A stretch of 64,000 nt of DNA, taken from the NCBI GenBank assembly GCA_963764165.1, contig CAVXRD010000002.1:448001-512000 (forward strand), read 5' to 3'. Positions 20,718-29,343 of the stretch are shown here, piece after piece; the stretch's first letter is position 1, and every line of letters starts with the position of its first letter. The translations under genes were made by a program, and so were the position numbers. The notes below the pieces were generated by a model. It was given only the letters and a program-made list of their open reading frames with translations, was not told where the DNA came from and did no database searches. This DNA is from an uncultured Verrucomicrobiae bacterium. Lineage in GTDB: Bacteria; Verrucomicrobiota; Verrucomicrobiia; Limisphaerales; Palsa-1400.

Positions 20718-21107
20718 CTACGCCCAGATACGGCGGATGGCATAAGCGTCGAAGGCGAAGTCGGCACTAACAATCGGAAAGTCCTCGACCTGGCATTGGG
20801 CGGCCATCAGGCGGTCAAATGGGTCTCGATGATGAACGGGCATCGCCACGACCGCAGCCACATGCGGCAACTCAATGGCAAGCACCTCAATCTGGTTTAA
20901 TTGAAGTTGGCGGGGTATGAACTGGTCGAAGGGTTGAGCCAGCGTGAGTTTGCCCAGGCTGACCTTGATCGCTAACTCCCACAAACTGGCCATGCTCAAC
21001 AATCGGCGGTTGTCGGGATCCTGAATCAACGATTGCGCCCGGCTGCTGAGGCGGGGATCATTGGCGATGAACCAAAGAAACGCGTGCGTGTCCAGCAACA
21101 GGTTCAC
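20718..21107 (-). CDS. vapC: PIN-domain toxin, VapC family (type II TA)
   Basis: MNLLLDTHAFLW...SMASLWE...HHRDPFDRL...SAD; overlaps the upstream small gene by 4 nt. Confidence 0.92.
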   Translation of the reverse strand: MNLLLDTHAFLWFIANDPRLSSRAQSLIQDPDNRRLLSMASLWELAIKVSLGKLTLAQPFDQFIPRQLQLNQIEVLAIELPHVAAVVAMPVHHRDPFDRLMAAQCQVEDFPIVSADFAFDAYAIRRIWA

Positions 21108-21310
21108 TTCATGTAAGGCTCAAAGTCCGCCAACGGTGCGTCGAAGTCTTCCGCCATGCTGACCAACCCTCGGGCGCTGCCTGGCTCGATGCGAGCCAGC
21201 GTCTTGACGGATGGCTCCCTGGCCAGCAACTCCACAAGCTGCAACAACGCCGTCTGCGCCGAATCGGGCAGCGTCTTAGCCTTCGAGTAAATTAATTCCG
21301 CTGTACTCAT
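21104..21310 (-). CDS. Antitoxin (DUF2281-like / VapB)
   Basis: 68 aa ending PGSARGLVSMAEDFDAPLADFEPYM, typical of partners of this PIN subfamily; lies directly upstream of the toxin. Confidence 0.8.
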   Translation of the reverse strand: MSTAELIYSKAKTLPDSAQTALLQLVELLAREPSVKTLARIEPGSARGLVSMAEDFDAPLADFEPYMK

Positions 21311-21345
21311 GGAGCTAATCTAATTGCTCCCAGGCTGGCATGCAA
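21311..21345 (-). promoter_or_regulatory. Sigma70-like promoter of the TA operon, probably leaderless, with overlapping inverted repeat
   Basis: Minus strand TTGCAT-17 bp-TAGATT, then 6 bp to the ATG. The inverted repeat GGAGC-N10-GCTCC (21311-21330) covers the -10 element. Confidence 0.6.
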
Positions 21346-21474
21346 GCTCCGGGACCGTGGCCGGTTGAGTGGAAGGGGAGCGCGTCGGCGGGTCGCCACT
21401 TCGCCACAATTCGGAATTACTCGCCGACTGCTCGCTAACGTCTCGCCGCCAATTTCATTCACGCTGGCGGGTGA

Positions 21475-22170
21475 GTGGAAAACATTGAGACACAAAGCAG
21501 CGAGGTAAAACGAGCTGAACCGGAAAGCGAGCCATTTAGCTCGCCGGTTCTGCGGTCGGACGTAGCTAAAACTGGCATAGTGGAAAGACCGGGGGCGGAG
21601 CGGCGCGGAGCGCCGCCCGCCCCCGGCCTTCCTTGTCTATTGAGTAACAACTCAGACAAGGAGGTCGTCGAACCCTTGGGGGAAAATGCGGAAGAGGTGC
21701 CGAAATTCAACGTCCTGACAGGTGGACACAAGAGAACAGCCTTTGTTCTGGCGGAAGAAATCATAGGCCTTGCCAACGAATTCGGATTGGAGCGATTGGG
21801 GTTCTTCACGCTGACGTTTTCTGACCGCGTGCAAGAAATGAAGGAAGCCAATCGCCGGTTCAACAATCTGAACAGGCGCGTATTAAAGGCACGTTACCAG
21901 CGGGCAATTGTCGTCACGGAGCGTCAGAAGTTGGGCCGTGTCCATTTTCATCTGCTCGTGGTGTTGCCCGTGGATATTCGCACGGGCGTCGATATTGAGG
22001 CGTTCAAGCGTGGGCACTATCAAACCGCAGGGAAGGCATTGCGCTCAGAGTGGGCCTTCTGGCGGAAGACGGCACCGATGTACGGCTTTGGCCGTCATGA
22101 ACTGCTACCCGTCAAGTCGAACAAGGAAGGGATTGCCCGCTACGTCGGCAAGTATGTTTCCAAGAATATC
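21475..22170 (+). pseudogene. Rolling-circle replication initiator (HUH endonuclease, phasyl/inovirus-like Rep), probably 3'-truncated
   Basis: Motif 1 FFTLTF, motif 2 VHFHLLV, motif 3 ARYVGKYVSK. After ~22170 this frame reads as nonsense while another frame reads as protein. Start uncertain. Confidence 0.65.
21589..21660 (+). other. Double hairpin, candidate rolling-circle origin (dso)
   Basis: CCGGGGGCGG(A)GCGGCGC-GGA-GCGCCGCCCGCCCCCGG (17-bp stem), followed by CTTGTCT(ATT)GAGT-AACA-ACTCAGACAAG. Confidence 0.5.
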
Positions 22171-22538
22171 CGGCAAGCCGAGTTCTCCTGTGCCGTCCAC
22201 GCAACAGCCCCGATTGGTCCGTTATCCAGGAATTTGAGGAAGGCTCCGCCTACGCCAGAAATCACGGACGCACGGAAGTTCTGGTGCAGGGCCAAAATGT
22301 TCGGGACGTGGTCATGGAGTATGTCGCTCAAGCGAATCACACGCTCCGCTTTTCGGAGCGCAATCTTGTGGCTAACGCGCAGAAAATGGTGTGGCGCCAA
22401 TTCCCGGAACACAACCCCGGCAAGGTCGTGGAAGCCTTGATGGAGCACTGCGATAAGGCGGTCACGCACAATCGCTCGATTGGCGAGAGCCAGTCGGAGG
22501 CCCAAGACAACCGTCGATCTCGCGGCATGAGAGTATGA
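22161..22538 (+). pseudogene. C-terminal fragment of an unknown protein, fused out of frame to Rep
   Basis: Open frame QEYPASRVLLCRPRNSPDWSVIQEFEEG...DNRRSRGMRV*; its stop overlaps the next ATG (ATGA). Confidence 0.4.
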
Positions 22539-22888
22539 GCATCCCGAAGGACAGGCCGTTAAGTTCGGAGCGGGAAAGGTTCCTGAATCTACGGCACCTT
22601 CCTGCGCAATTAAGCGCAAGTGAAGCGTCGCATCTGCTGGGCTGCGCTCCGCACGACGTTCCCGTCTTGGTTGCCCGGGGCTTGCTTAAGCCACTGGGCA
22701 ATCCGACTCCCAATGCCGTTAAGTACTTCGCCCGCGTCACGCTGGAGGAATTGAGCAATGATGCGAAATGGGTCTTTCGCATCAGGGCCGCCATTAACGA
22801 GTTCTGGCGGATGAAAAACGCCGGGCGCGCTGCCGTTGAATTTCAAATGTCCGAGCAGACTCAAGACGCGGCCCAGCGTGTCGCCTGA
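22535..22888 (+). CDS. Excisionase-like / MerR-type HTH DNA-binding protein
   Basis: LPAQLSASEASHLLG..HDVPVLVARGLLKPLG (Xis-like winged HTH pattern); lies immediately before an att junction. Confidence 0.6.
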   Translation: MSIPKDRPLSSERERFLNLRHLPAQLSASEASHLLGCAPHDVPVLVARGLLKPLGNPTPNAVKYFARVTLEELSNDAKWVFRIRAAINEFWRMKNAGRAAVEFQMSEQTQDAAQRVA

Positions 22889-22940
22889 TTTTATTTCATA
22901 TTGACTAGCGCGGCTTTGATTCTCTTTAGCCCCCTTTGCG

Positions 22941-22973
22941 CGGACACCAACGGACACCAAAACGGACACCAAA
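22941..22973 (+). repeat. Arm-type repeat set A (CGGACACCAA x3)
   Basis: Copies at 22941, 22951 and 22963. The same motif occurs on the minus strand at 62344-62366. Confidence 0.8.
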
Positions 22974-23068
22974 CGTGTTAAAAAAGGTATAGGCTGGTAA
23001 ACGGAATTATCCTTGATTACCGAGGGAAAACGGGTATATTTTACCTCGTAAACGCGGTGAAAAATGCC

Positions 23069-23097
23069 CAAATCCGGCAACTGGCTCCATTCCTAAC
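23069..23097 (+). repeat. Internal, inverted att core (third copy of the tRNA-Thr 3' end)
   Basis: caaatccggcaactggctccattcctaac is the exact 29-bp reverse complement of 62406-62434. Similarity continues to caatggtttag. Confidence 0.92.
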
Positions 23098-23135
23098 CGC
23101 GTGTGCGGCAATGGTTTAGAACCGCCGGACTGGCC

Positions 23136-23159
23136 ACTGTCAGTGAAAGTGTCAGTAAA
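23136..23159 (+). repeat. Arm-type repeat set B
   Basis: ACTGTCAGTGAA AGTGTCAGTAAA at 12-bp spacing, ~47 bp from the core CCA. Confidence 0.75.
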
Positions 23160-23271
23160 TGGGGGTGCGGCGCAACTGCTCGCCCACAACTCCGACACTA
23201 CTCCGCTGAAACTCGCCCACTGCTCGCTAACGCGATGCGAGTGGACTGGTTCACAATTCAGTGAATCAGTT

Positions 23272-24117
23272 ATGAAACAACGATTCATCTTGTTCCGGCG
23301 AGCGGGCGTTTTCTACGCCGAGGAAACGGCAACTGGCAAGCAAACCAGTCTCCGCACCAAAGACCAAGCCGAAGCCATCACCCTGCTGAACACCAAGAAC
23401 GAGGCCACCCGGCAACCGGCCATGAACCTGCAAATCGCCCAAGTCTATTTGCAGCACGCCGACCCGACGTTGGCGCAGCGGACATGGCAGGATGTCATGG
23501 AGGCCATGCTGCCGCTCAAGAATGGCCCGACGCAGGCGCGGTGGGCATCCGCAATGAGGGACAGGGCCTTTGATCTCATCCGCAGCCGCAAATTGATGGA
23601 GACGGCATCCGAGCATTTTTTGCAGGTGTTGAACGCCGGCACGATTTCCACCAATATGTTTTTGCGCCGTCTGCATCATTTCGCGGTGGGGATGCACTGG
23701 CTGCCGTGGCCAGTCCTGCCGAAGCTCAAATGGCCCGCCGTGGAGCACAAGGAGCGCCGGGCGATCACAGCCGAGGAACACCAGCGAATCATTGACCGCG
23801 AGCACAATCCCGAAATCCGGGCCTATTACCAGCTTTTGTGGCACCTGGGCGGCTCGCAAACGGACATTGCAGATTTAAACGCCGAGGACATTGACTGGAA
23901 AGAACGCACGGTTTCTTACCAGCGGCGTAAAACTGGCGTGCCGGTCATTATCACTTTTGGCGCGGAGGCGGCCAGCATGTTAGAGTCGCTGCCCAAGTTA
24001 GGCCCGTTGTTTCCGAGCATGGCGCGAATCAAGGAGAACCACCGCGCCAAGATGTTCATCAAACGGCTCAAGACGGTGGGAATTTCCGAATCGGCAAAAC
24101 CAGATAACGCTGATTGA
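23272..24117 (+). pseudogene. Tyrosine recombinase/integrase (IntB), C-terminally truncated
   Basis: Starts MKQRFILFRR at 23272. Close paralog of 61160..62239 up to KRLKTVGI(S) at ~24087, after which it lacks HSYR, LGH and the catalytic Tyr. Confidence 0.88.
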
Positions 24118-24322
24118 GTGATCTGGCGGGGGTTTTACTTTCTGTCAAAAGCTTTTGAAACCGGTTTGCGTCCACCATGACAATAATCCGCCGTGCCTGT
24201 GCCAGGGCTTTTGAACCGAGTAGATACCTTTCAAAGTGAACCGGGTCAAATTCGTAAGTTGAGAAAACCGCGAACCGCGCGTTCTTCCCCTCGAAAAACG
24301 TACTGAATTCCAAGGGTTTCAT
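24068..24322 (-). pseudogene. N-terminal fragment of a PLD-superfamily-like protein (defence-associated)
   Basis: FAVFSTYEFDPVHFERYLL...RIIVMVDA resembles N-termini of PLD-like defence proteins. It is translationally coupled to the 594-aa gene and cut at the junction with IntB. Confidence 0.5.
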
Positions 24323-26103
24323 TTTTTCTGCATTCGTGCCAGCTCCCCTTTGAGGAATTTCCCGCCTTCTGCCGTAAGCATCGCCAGCCGCCGGTCATTG
24401 TCGTCGTGTTCCAACAGCGCCAGGTCTTTTAAAATCTGCACCGCCGAATAAAAGCGCGAGTTTTCCACGACAATGTCGTCGTAGCTCAACCCCCGCCACC
24501 GTATTACGCCTTGCTCGCTGTGAAAAAGCGCTCGGGTACCGTCCCAAACTTTTTCATAGGACAAAACCTCGTGCTGTTTTACAACGAAACGGCCAATAAT
24601 CAGCATCGCAATATCCCGCCAGCTTGCCTCCCAAAAATTCCCCAATGATTCCCGAAGTTCCCGCAGCACCACCGGAACTGTTATGTCCCTATAGGGATCG
24701 TGTGTGGCGCCAGCCAGCCAATTGCCGTACGGCCCCTGATTCCATCTTGTGTATCGAGAAACCGTCATCGTCAACAACACGAGGGCGCACGCAATTCCCT
24801 CCGGGGTGGCATACCCCAGATCACGCTGAATGAGTTGACCGGCCAAGTTGTTTTCAGAGAGCGGATGCGAGTAGTTGAAATGTCGGTCGAAATCATCCCC
24901 GGTAACCAGGTCTTCACCTGTGGATTTGAAACCCCCAATTTGGAACAACTGGCACGGGGTTATTTCAAGAAAATCGTCCTCGCATTTTTTGCGCAGCACC
25001 TCACCCATGAATTTCAGTACGCTTTTTGACTTCAAGGAATCTACTATTGTTTCCAGCCGTGTGCCGGCCATCCCCGCCTTTTGTGCGTAACCAACTACTC
25101 CCGCAAACAAACTCTCCAATGCCACCGACAGGAAATAATGGAAATAAAACATTCGCCAGCGGTTCGCGATGTTCTCCAATGGGCGGGATAATTCAAGATT
25201 CAGAACTTTGTTTCTGTCTTCATCGGTTGCCGTGGCGTTAAAATAAACTGCGTCTCTCAACACAAAATGATCCAGCCTGATGCCGTGCGGTGAAACTTTG
25301 TCTGTCAATTCGAGGAATAGTGTCAGGCTGTCATGTCGGAATTTATGGCTTTGTCCCGGACTATGGACCCGGTCAAAAAAAACCTCTCGCAGTAGGGTAC
25401 GATCAGGTGCGCTGGAATTCGTCACTTCGCACAGCCCTCCAAACTCGCCCCATTTTTTCAACTCGCTGGGCTTGCAGCCATCCGGTTCCTTCGTCAGTTT
25501 TACCACTACCGGCAGATGTCGGATCGCGCGTTGATAAGATGAAGCGACACGATTTCCAAGCTCGCTTAATTCAAGGTCGGTAATTTGCTGGTCGGAATCA
25601 TCATCCGTTTCAGCCTCGTCGTTAGCTCCATTTTCGTCCGGTGTTTCATTGAAAAATCCCAAGTGGACGAGGGAATTGTAATAGGCGCGCAACGCTGGGT
25701 TTTTTACAAAACTCAATTGCGAAAACTTCGGGGTTCTACCCGGGTTTGCCGCCAGCCATTGCATCGCCTTTTCAGAGCCAACCAACCTCCCGTCCTCGCA
25801 GGCATCGCCGTTGTGGTGCAACACACATCCGAGCGTCAGAGCCTTTTCCCGCAATCGGACGGCTTCAATCAAGTCAGTGTCCGCCCGGTTGGCCTTCTCT
25901 CGTTTTGAAAAATCCGACACACACCACGGAAGAAATGAAAAATACCTGGCTCGTGGTGTTATGGATGTGATGCAGTGCAGCAGTTCGGAAGAGAGACGCG
26001 CCGAAACACGAAGGGACAAACCCAACGGGTCCTGCGCCTGTGAAATCGGAACCATTTTGCTCCAGGCCAAAAGCACTTTGGAGTTGTCGTTTTTGGCAGG
26101 CAT
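24319..26103 (-). CDS. Hypothetical 594-aa protein with a DPLGL...TxRARY motif (DUF6361-like, defence-island associated)
   Basis: QDPLGLSLRVSARLSSELLHCITSITPRARYFSFLPW; more AT-rich than its flanks; next to Abi and PLD-like genes. Confidence 0.6.
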   Translation of the reverse strand: MPAKNDNSKVLLAWSKMVPISQAQDPLGLSLRVSARLSSELLHCITSITPRARYFSFLPWCVSDFSKREKANRADTDLIEAVRLREKALTLGCVLHHNGDACEDGRLVGSEKAMQWLAANPGRTPKFSQLSFVKNPALRAYYNSLVHLGFFNETPDENGANDEAETDDDSDQQITDLELSELGNRVASSYQRAIRHLPVVVKLTKEPDGCKPSELKKWGEFGGLCEVTNSSAPDRTLLREVFFDRVHSPGQSHKFRHDSLTLFLELTDKVSPHGIRLDHFVLRDAVYFNATATDEDRNKVLNLELSRPLENIANRWRMFYFHYFLSVALESLFAGVVGYAQKAGMAGTRLETIVDSLKSKSVLKFMGEVLRKKCEDDFLEITPCQLFQIGGFKSTGEDLVTGDDFDRHFNYSHPLSENNLAGQLIQRDLGYATPEGIACALVLLTMTVSRYTRWNQGPYGNWLAGATHDPYRDITVPVVLRELRESLGNFWEASWRDIAMLIIGRFVVKQHEVLSYEKVWDGTRALFHSEQGVIRWRGLSYDDIVVENSRFYSAVQILKDLALLEHDDNDRRLAMLTAEGGKFLKGELARMQKK

Positions 26104-26193
26104 GTTCAGAATTTGAACCTATCTTCACTCGTCGCGATTTCATTATGTCTGCCCTTTGTCATGTCGCCTCGTGGGTTCCTGCTGAATTGTGGT

Positions 26194-27087
26194 TCATCTC
26201 CAAATGGGTGACGTATCCCATGTAGAGGGGAATCCAGCCAGATTCAGTGGAATATCAGGGTAATTTTTGAGCAACTCGCGTAATCGGTTGGCCCATTGGC
26301 TTTGTGGAGCTATTCGTAGCAGCAACCATTTAAGCAAAGTGAGAACCGCGAACGTCCGGCGGTTGTCTGGTGTCATGGGCACATGCCATTCCGGGAGGTT
26401 TTTTCGGTCGGGCACGAGTGGCCGGATGCCCAATTCTCGGTTCCAAAGCCGGGAATGATGGGCGCAGAGGTTGCGGATGTAGTTCAGGCAAAACAGCCAG
26501 TTTTGCAGCACGTTGGCCGGAAGTCCGATCTGGCCTGAAAGTTGTTTTTGTTCTGGCAGGTGCAAATAGCGGTAAAAAGTGAACAAAGTTCCGAAACTGG
26601 CCACTTCTGCCGCCATCCAGAGCGGCAGCCCCGGTTCGCTGGTGTACTTCGCGCGAAACTGATCCACAAACGGCTCCCGACTTCGACTCGTCGCTTGGTC
26701 AATCTCATCAACCATTCGTTGGTGGTCGAGGCCCGCAAATTCCGGGCGGAAATTCCTGGCATCTCGATACCCAAACGGCCCGTATTTCCGGGCGTGGTGT
26801 TCCACCATCAATGTCCGCAATACGGCCACTTCCACACGCTCAATGGCATCCATCACTAACAACCGCAATTGCCGGTCAAACGTGTAGCGACGCCACACCT
26901 TCTCCAAAGTCGTGCCTGGCGCGAAGGATTCATCCGGTCGCTTGAACGGGTGCCAATAGGCGCTCAGGCGGTAGTAGCTGACTCGGCTCAAAGTTTCAAT
27001 CAGCCGGGCGCGGTCTGCCTGAAAACCACGGTTGAGAAGTTGGTCCGCCTGCTGCTCGAAGGACAGCGCCGGTTTGGCATATTTCAC
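26194..27087 (-). CDS. Abi family protein (AbiD/AbiF, Abi_2; HEPN RNase)
   Basis: GTG start at 27087 with a GGGGAGG RBS. Motifs KPALSFEQQ..L..RG, SYYRLSAY, Y.FDRQLR...IERVEV, P.WMAAEVASFG and HEPN RNLCAHHSRLWNR. Confidence 0.9.
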   Translation of the reverse strand: MKYAKPALSFEQQADQLLNRGFQADRARLIETLSRVSYYRLSAYWHPFKRPDESFAPGTTLEKVWRRYTFDRQLRLLVMDAIERVEVAVLRTLMVEHHARKYGPFGYRDARNFRPEFAGLDHQRMVDEIDQATSRSREPFVDQFRAKYTSEPGLPLWMAAEVASFGTLFTFYRYLHLPEQKQLSGQIGLPANVLQNWLFCLNYIRNLCAHHSRLWNRELGIRPLVPDRKNLPEWHVPMTPDNRRTFAVLTLLKWLLLRIAPQSQWANRLRELLKNYPDIPLNLAGFPSTWDTSPIWR

Positions 27088-27116
27088 GCCAGCCTCCCCG
27101 ACGCAATCGCGGCAAT

Positions 27117-27170
27117 AAAAAACCCGCCACATTTGAGCTTGGCTTGCGCCAGAGGCTTGGCAGGTATGCT
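27117..27170 (-). ncRNA. Structured RNA upstream of the AbiF-like gene (abiF-motif-like candidate antitoxin/attenuator)
   Basis: AGCAUACCUGCCAAGCCUCUGGCGCAAGCCAAGCUCAAAUGUGGCGGGUUUUUU: outer stem ACCUGCCA/UGGCGGGU, inner UGGC-GCAA-GCCA hairpin and a U-tract. Confidence 0.6.
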
Positions 27171-27177
27171 GGAAATA

Positions 27178-27205
27178 ACAATACCCAACGTTGGGTATTC
27201 GTCAA
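27178..27205 (-). promoter_or_regulatory. Promoter for the RNA/Abi unit containing a perfect 20-bp palindrome
   Basis: TTGACG-16 bp-TATTGT on the minus strand; palindrome AATACCCAACGTTGGGTATT at 27180-27199. Confidence 0.6.
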
Positions 27206-27300
27206 CTCTCATTTTATCAGCATTTTTCATTCGACCAGAGGTAATGTGCCATCAATGGATGGGGAATGTCATCAAAGGAACCACAGGATGGCGATCTCCA

Positions 27301-27972
27301 TTATCGTCGGAGCATGATGCCCAACATCAGCCCGAACGAAACGAGCAGAGACGCAACCAAAAGATAGGCGAACCAGTCCCGCTTGGTCAGGCGCTGCTCC
27401 AACCGCTCCCGTTCTTTGTTCATTTTTTCCCGCGCCATATTGAAATCCTCCTTTGCCTGGTTCCACGATTCAGTTCCCTGATTGAGATCGTCCGAGATTT
27501 TTCGGGCGACAGCCTCAAGCTCCCGCGCTTTCGAGCATATTTGGGTGGCGATGCCGTGGATGACATCGTTGTAACCTGACACCGTCATGTCATATTGCTT
27601 TAATCTTCCGTCTATTGCTTCGATGGTGGTCTTGGACTGAGCCGCAATCTGTCGGCGGTGGTCGGCTTGGACGGCGTCCAACATTTTTTTGGAGTCGCTG
27701 GCAAGCCGACGCGCATCATCCAGTGCGCTGTTGAATTGCGCCGAAAAGCGGGCGCGGTGGCTGGCTTGGTCTTGCTGCCAATCTTTTTGAGAATCCCTCA
27801 GAATATGAGGCAACCGTCCGATGGCTCGCCATTGGACCTTGGTCAGCAAGGCCAGTTGGACTGGAAACGAGTTTTCATCGCCGCTGCACCATTCGGCCAG
27901 AATTTTTCGCAGGCGCTTCGCCTCTGCCGGATTGACGCCGTCACACAACAAATCAAAGTCGGTGTCGATCAT
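27301..27972 (-). CDS. Hypothetical coiled-coil protein with C-terminal transmembrane helix (mobilisation region)
   Basis: 223-aa ORF, helical, ending WFAYLLVASLLVSFGLMLGIMLRR; begins 3 bp after the ATPase gene. Confidence 0.65.
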   Translation of the reverse strand: MIDTDFDLLCDGVNPAEAKRLRKILAEWCSGDENSFPVQLALLTKVQWRAIGRLPHILRDSQKDWQQDQASHRARFSAQFNSALDDARRLASDSKKMLDAVQADHRRQIAAQSKTTIEAIDGRLKQYDMTVSGYNDVIHGIATQICSKARELEAVARKISDDLNQGTESWNQAKEDFNMAREKMNKERERLEQRLTKRDWFAYLLVASLLVSFGLMLGIMLRR

Positions 27973-27975
27973 AAA

Positions 27976-28794
27976 TTACTCTCCAAAATTAAGTTGTGGT
28001 TGCGGCCTCTCGGTTTTCCATTCCCGTTGAGGCGGCAATTTTGGTTCAGGCATGAGCGCCGTTGGCAAGAGCGACTCCGCAATCGAGTCGTATTGTTGAA
28101 ACATCCGTTGCATGGCCCACTGGATTTCCCCGGCCAGCAACCGTTCCAAGTGGCCTGCTTCGATGCGGGACAATTCGGCGAAGCTCAAACCGTGCTTCGC
28201 GTTGGCCTCGGCCTTTTCTGCGGCCAGCAACGTCGTCGGTGTCACGGTCGGCAGCGTGAGGGTCTTCGCCCCGAATTCTGCCAATTGCTGTTCCAGTGGC
28301 GAACCTTTGAACAAGTCGCCCCTCGCCTTGGCCGGATTATGGACGATGACATAATCCACCCGGTCGCCCGCATACAAGAACAGTCGTCCCGCGTTGGTCA
28401 TGCTCTCCGTGTCGTCGGTTGGAAACAGGAAGAAGGTCAATCGCACGTCCTGTTCGGCGCAGACATCGAGCACCTGCAATTCCTCCAATGCCGCCATGAT
28501 GAGCGCATCCGCCTGGGCGCGTGTGTCAATGACGTGAACCGGCGCGGCGTCTTTGAGCACCCGGCGAAAAAGACTGAGCAAGGCCGTCTTGCTCTCGTGC
28601 TCATTGCCAAGTTGATACGAACGGACGGCATCCTTGTGCCGACTGGCAAACGTGTGGTGCCGGTCGTCGAGGTCTGATCCGTTCCATTGAACGCCAAGCT
28701 GGTCGAGCCAGGCCGTGCGGAATTCCGCTTCAAAGCTTTTACCAAGGTTTCCTTTGGACTGTGGATTTAAGTGAATACGTCGTGTGATGTTCAT
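27976..28794 (-). CDS. ParA/MinD-like P-loop protein (TraL-like mobilisation accessory)
   Basis: Deviant Walker A QSKGNLGKS, DLD motif, VIDT. Confidence 0.7.
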   Translation of the reverse strand: MNITRRIHLNPQSKGNLGKSFEAEFRTAWLDQLGVQWNGSDLDDRHHTFASRHKDAVRSYQLGNEHESKTALLSLFRRVLKDAAPVHVIDTRAQADALIMAALEELQVLDVCAEQDVRLTFFLFPTDDTESMTNAGRLFLYAGDRVDYVIVHNPAKARGDLFKGSPLEQQLAEFGAKTLTLPTVTPTTLLAAEKAEANAKHGLSFAELSRIEAGHLERLLAGEIQWAMQRMFQQYDSIAESLLPTALMPEPKLPPQREWKTERPQPQLNFGE

Positions 28795-29192
28795 AATTTA
28801 TTTGGATCGTTAAGGTTTAGACTTTCAGGACTCGGTTGGCGAAACGAACGTGCGGCCGGAATGGCCGCAAGAACCGGCTTGCGGTTTGATTCTGGCCGAC
28901 TGGCCGACTCATGTGGGAGGATGGGTGGCGCGGACAGCGTCTGGCCTTCGTCCTCCCAATGATGCCGCCCCTGCCGCTTCAAATATCTGCGGTAGAATTG
29001 ATGCAGACCTTGGAGCGTGATGCGGCAGCCTTCTTCAACTACGAGCCGTTCGGCGATTTCCCTCCACGTTTTGCGCTGCTGGCGCTGTTCGCGAATGATC
29101 GCCACGAATGGCTCGACGCGGCTGTGAAAGGCGCGTCCGCCGCCATTTCTGGCCGCCACTGCGTTCGTTTTCGTTTCCGATTCCATTGCCAT
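28791..29192 (-). CDS. Small HTH DNA-binding protein (probable relaxosome accessory/regulator)
   Basis: SRVEPFVAIIREQRQQRKTWREIAERL..EGCRITLQGLHQFYRR; start 29192 or 29186; coupled to the ATPase gene. Confidence 0.55.
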   Translation of the reverse strand: MAMESETKTNAVAARNGGGRAFHSRVEPFVAIIREQRQQRKTWREIAERLVVEEGCRITLQGLHQFYRRYLKRQGRHHWEDEGQTLSAPPILPHESASRPESNRKPVLAAIPAARSFRQPSPESLNLNDPNKL

Positions 29193-29284
29193 AACTTTAA
29201 ACCCGCAATACTCGACTGCGTTAACGGGCAGCAGGCGAGTTAGCCCGATTTGTGGGAGAGTTAAGCCGATTAGGTTTTGCACCT

Positions 29285-29343
29285 GTTGAAAAGTGCTGAA
29301 AGGCGTTGAATCGCTGCGTTGAAATCCGTTGAGACGTGTTGAA
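29285..29343 (+). repeat. Six helically phased G(T/C)TGA(A/G) hexamers
   Basis: Copies at 29285, 29295, 29305, 29318, 29328 and 29338. Confidence 0.55.

Noticed and set aside
23101..23271. N-terminal extension of IntB in the ORF track (likewise the extended starts of ppk2, HAD, aldolase, relaxase and larB)
   Set aside because: The extensions run through att/arm or neighbouring-gene sequence; family homology starts at downstream ATGs.
24068..26103. Naming this pair as a specific defence system such as Azaca or DISARM
   Set aside because: Partner genes are missing and motif recall alone is not enough; it needs an HMM search.
22941..29343. Short repeats as a CRISPR array
   Set aside because: Units are 6-12 bp without unique spacers, and there are no cas genes in the window.
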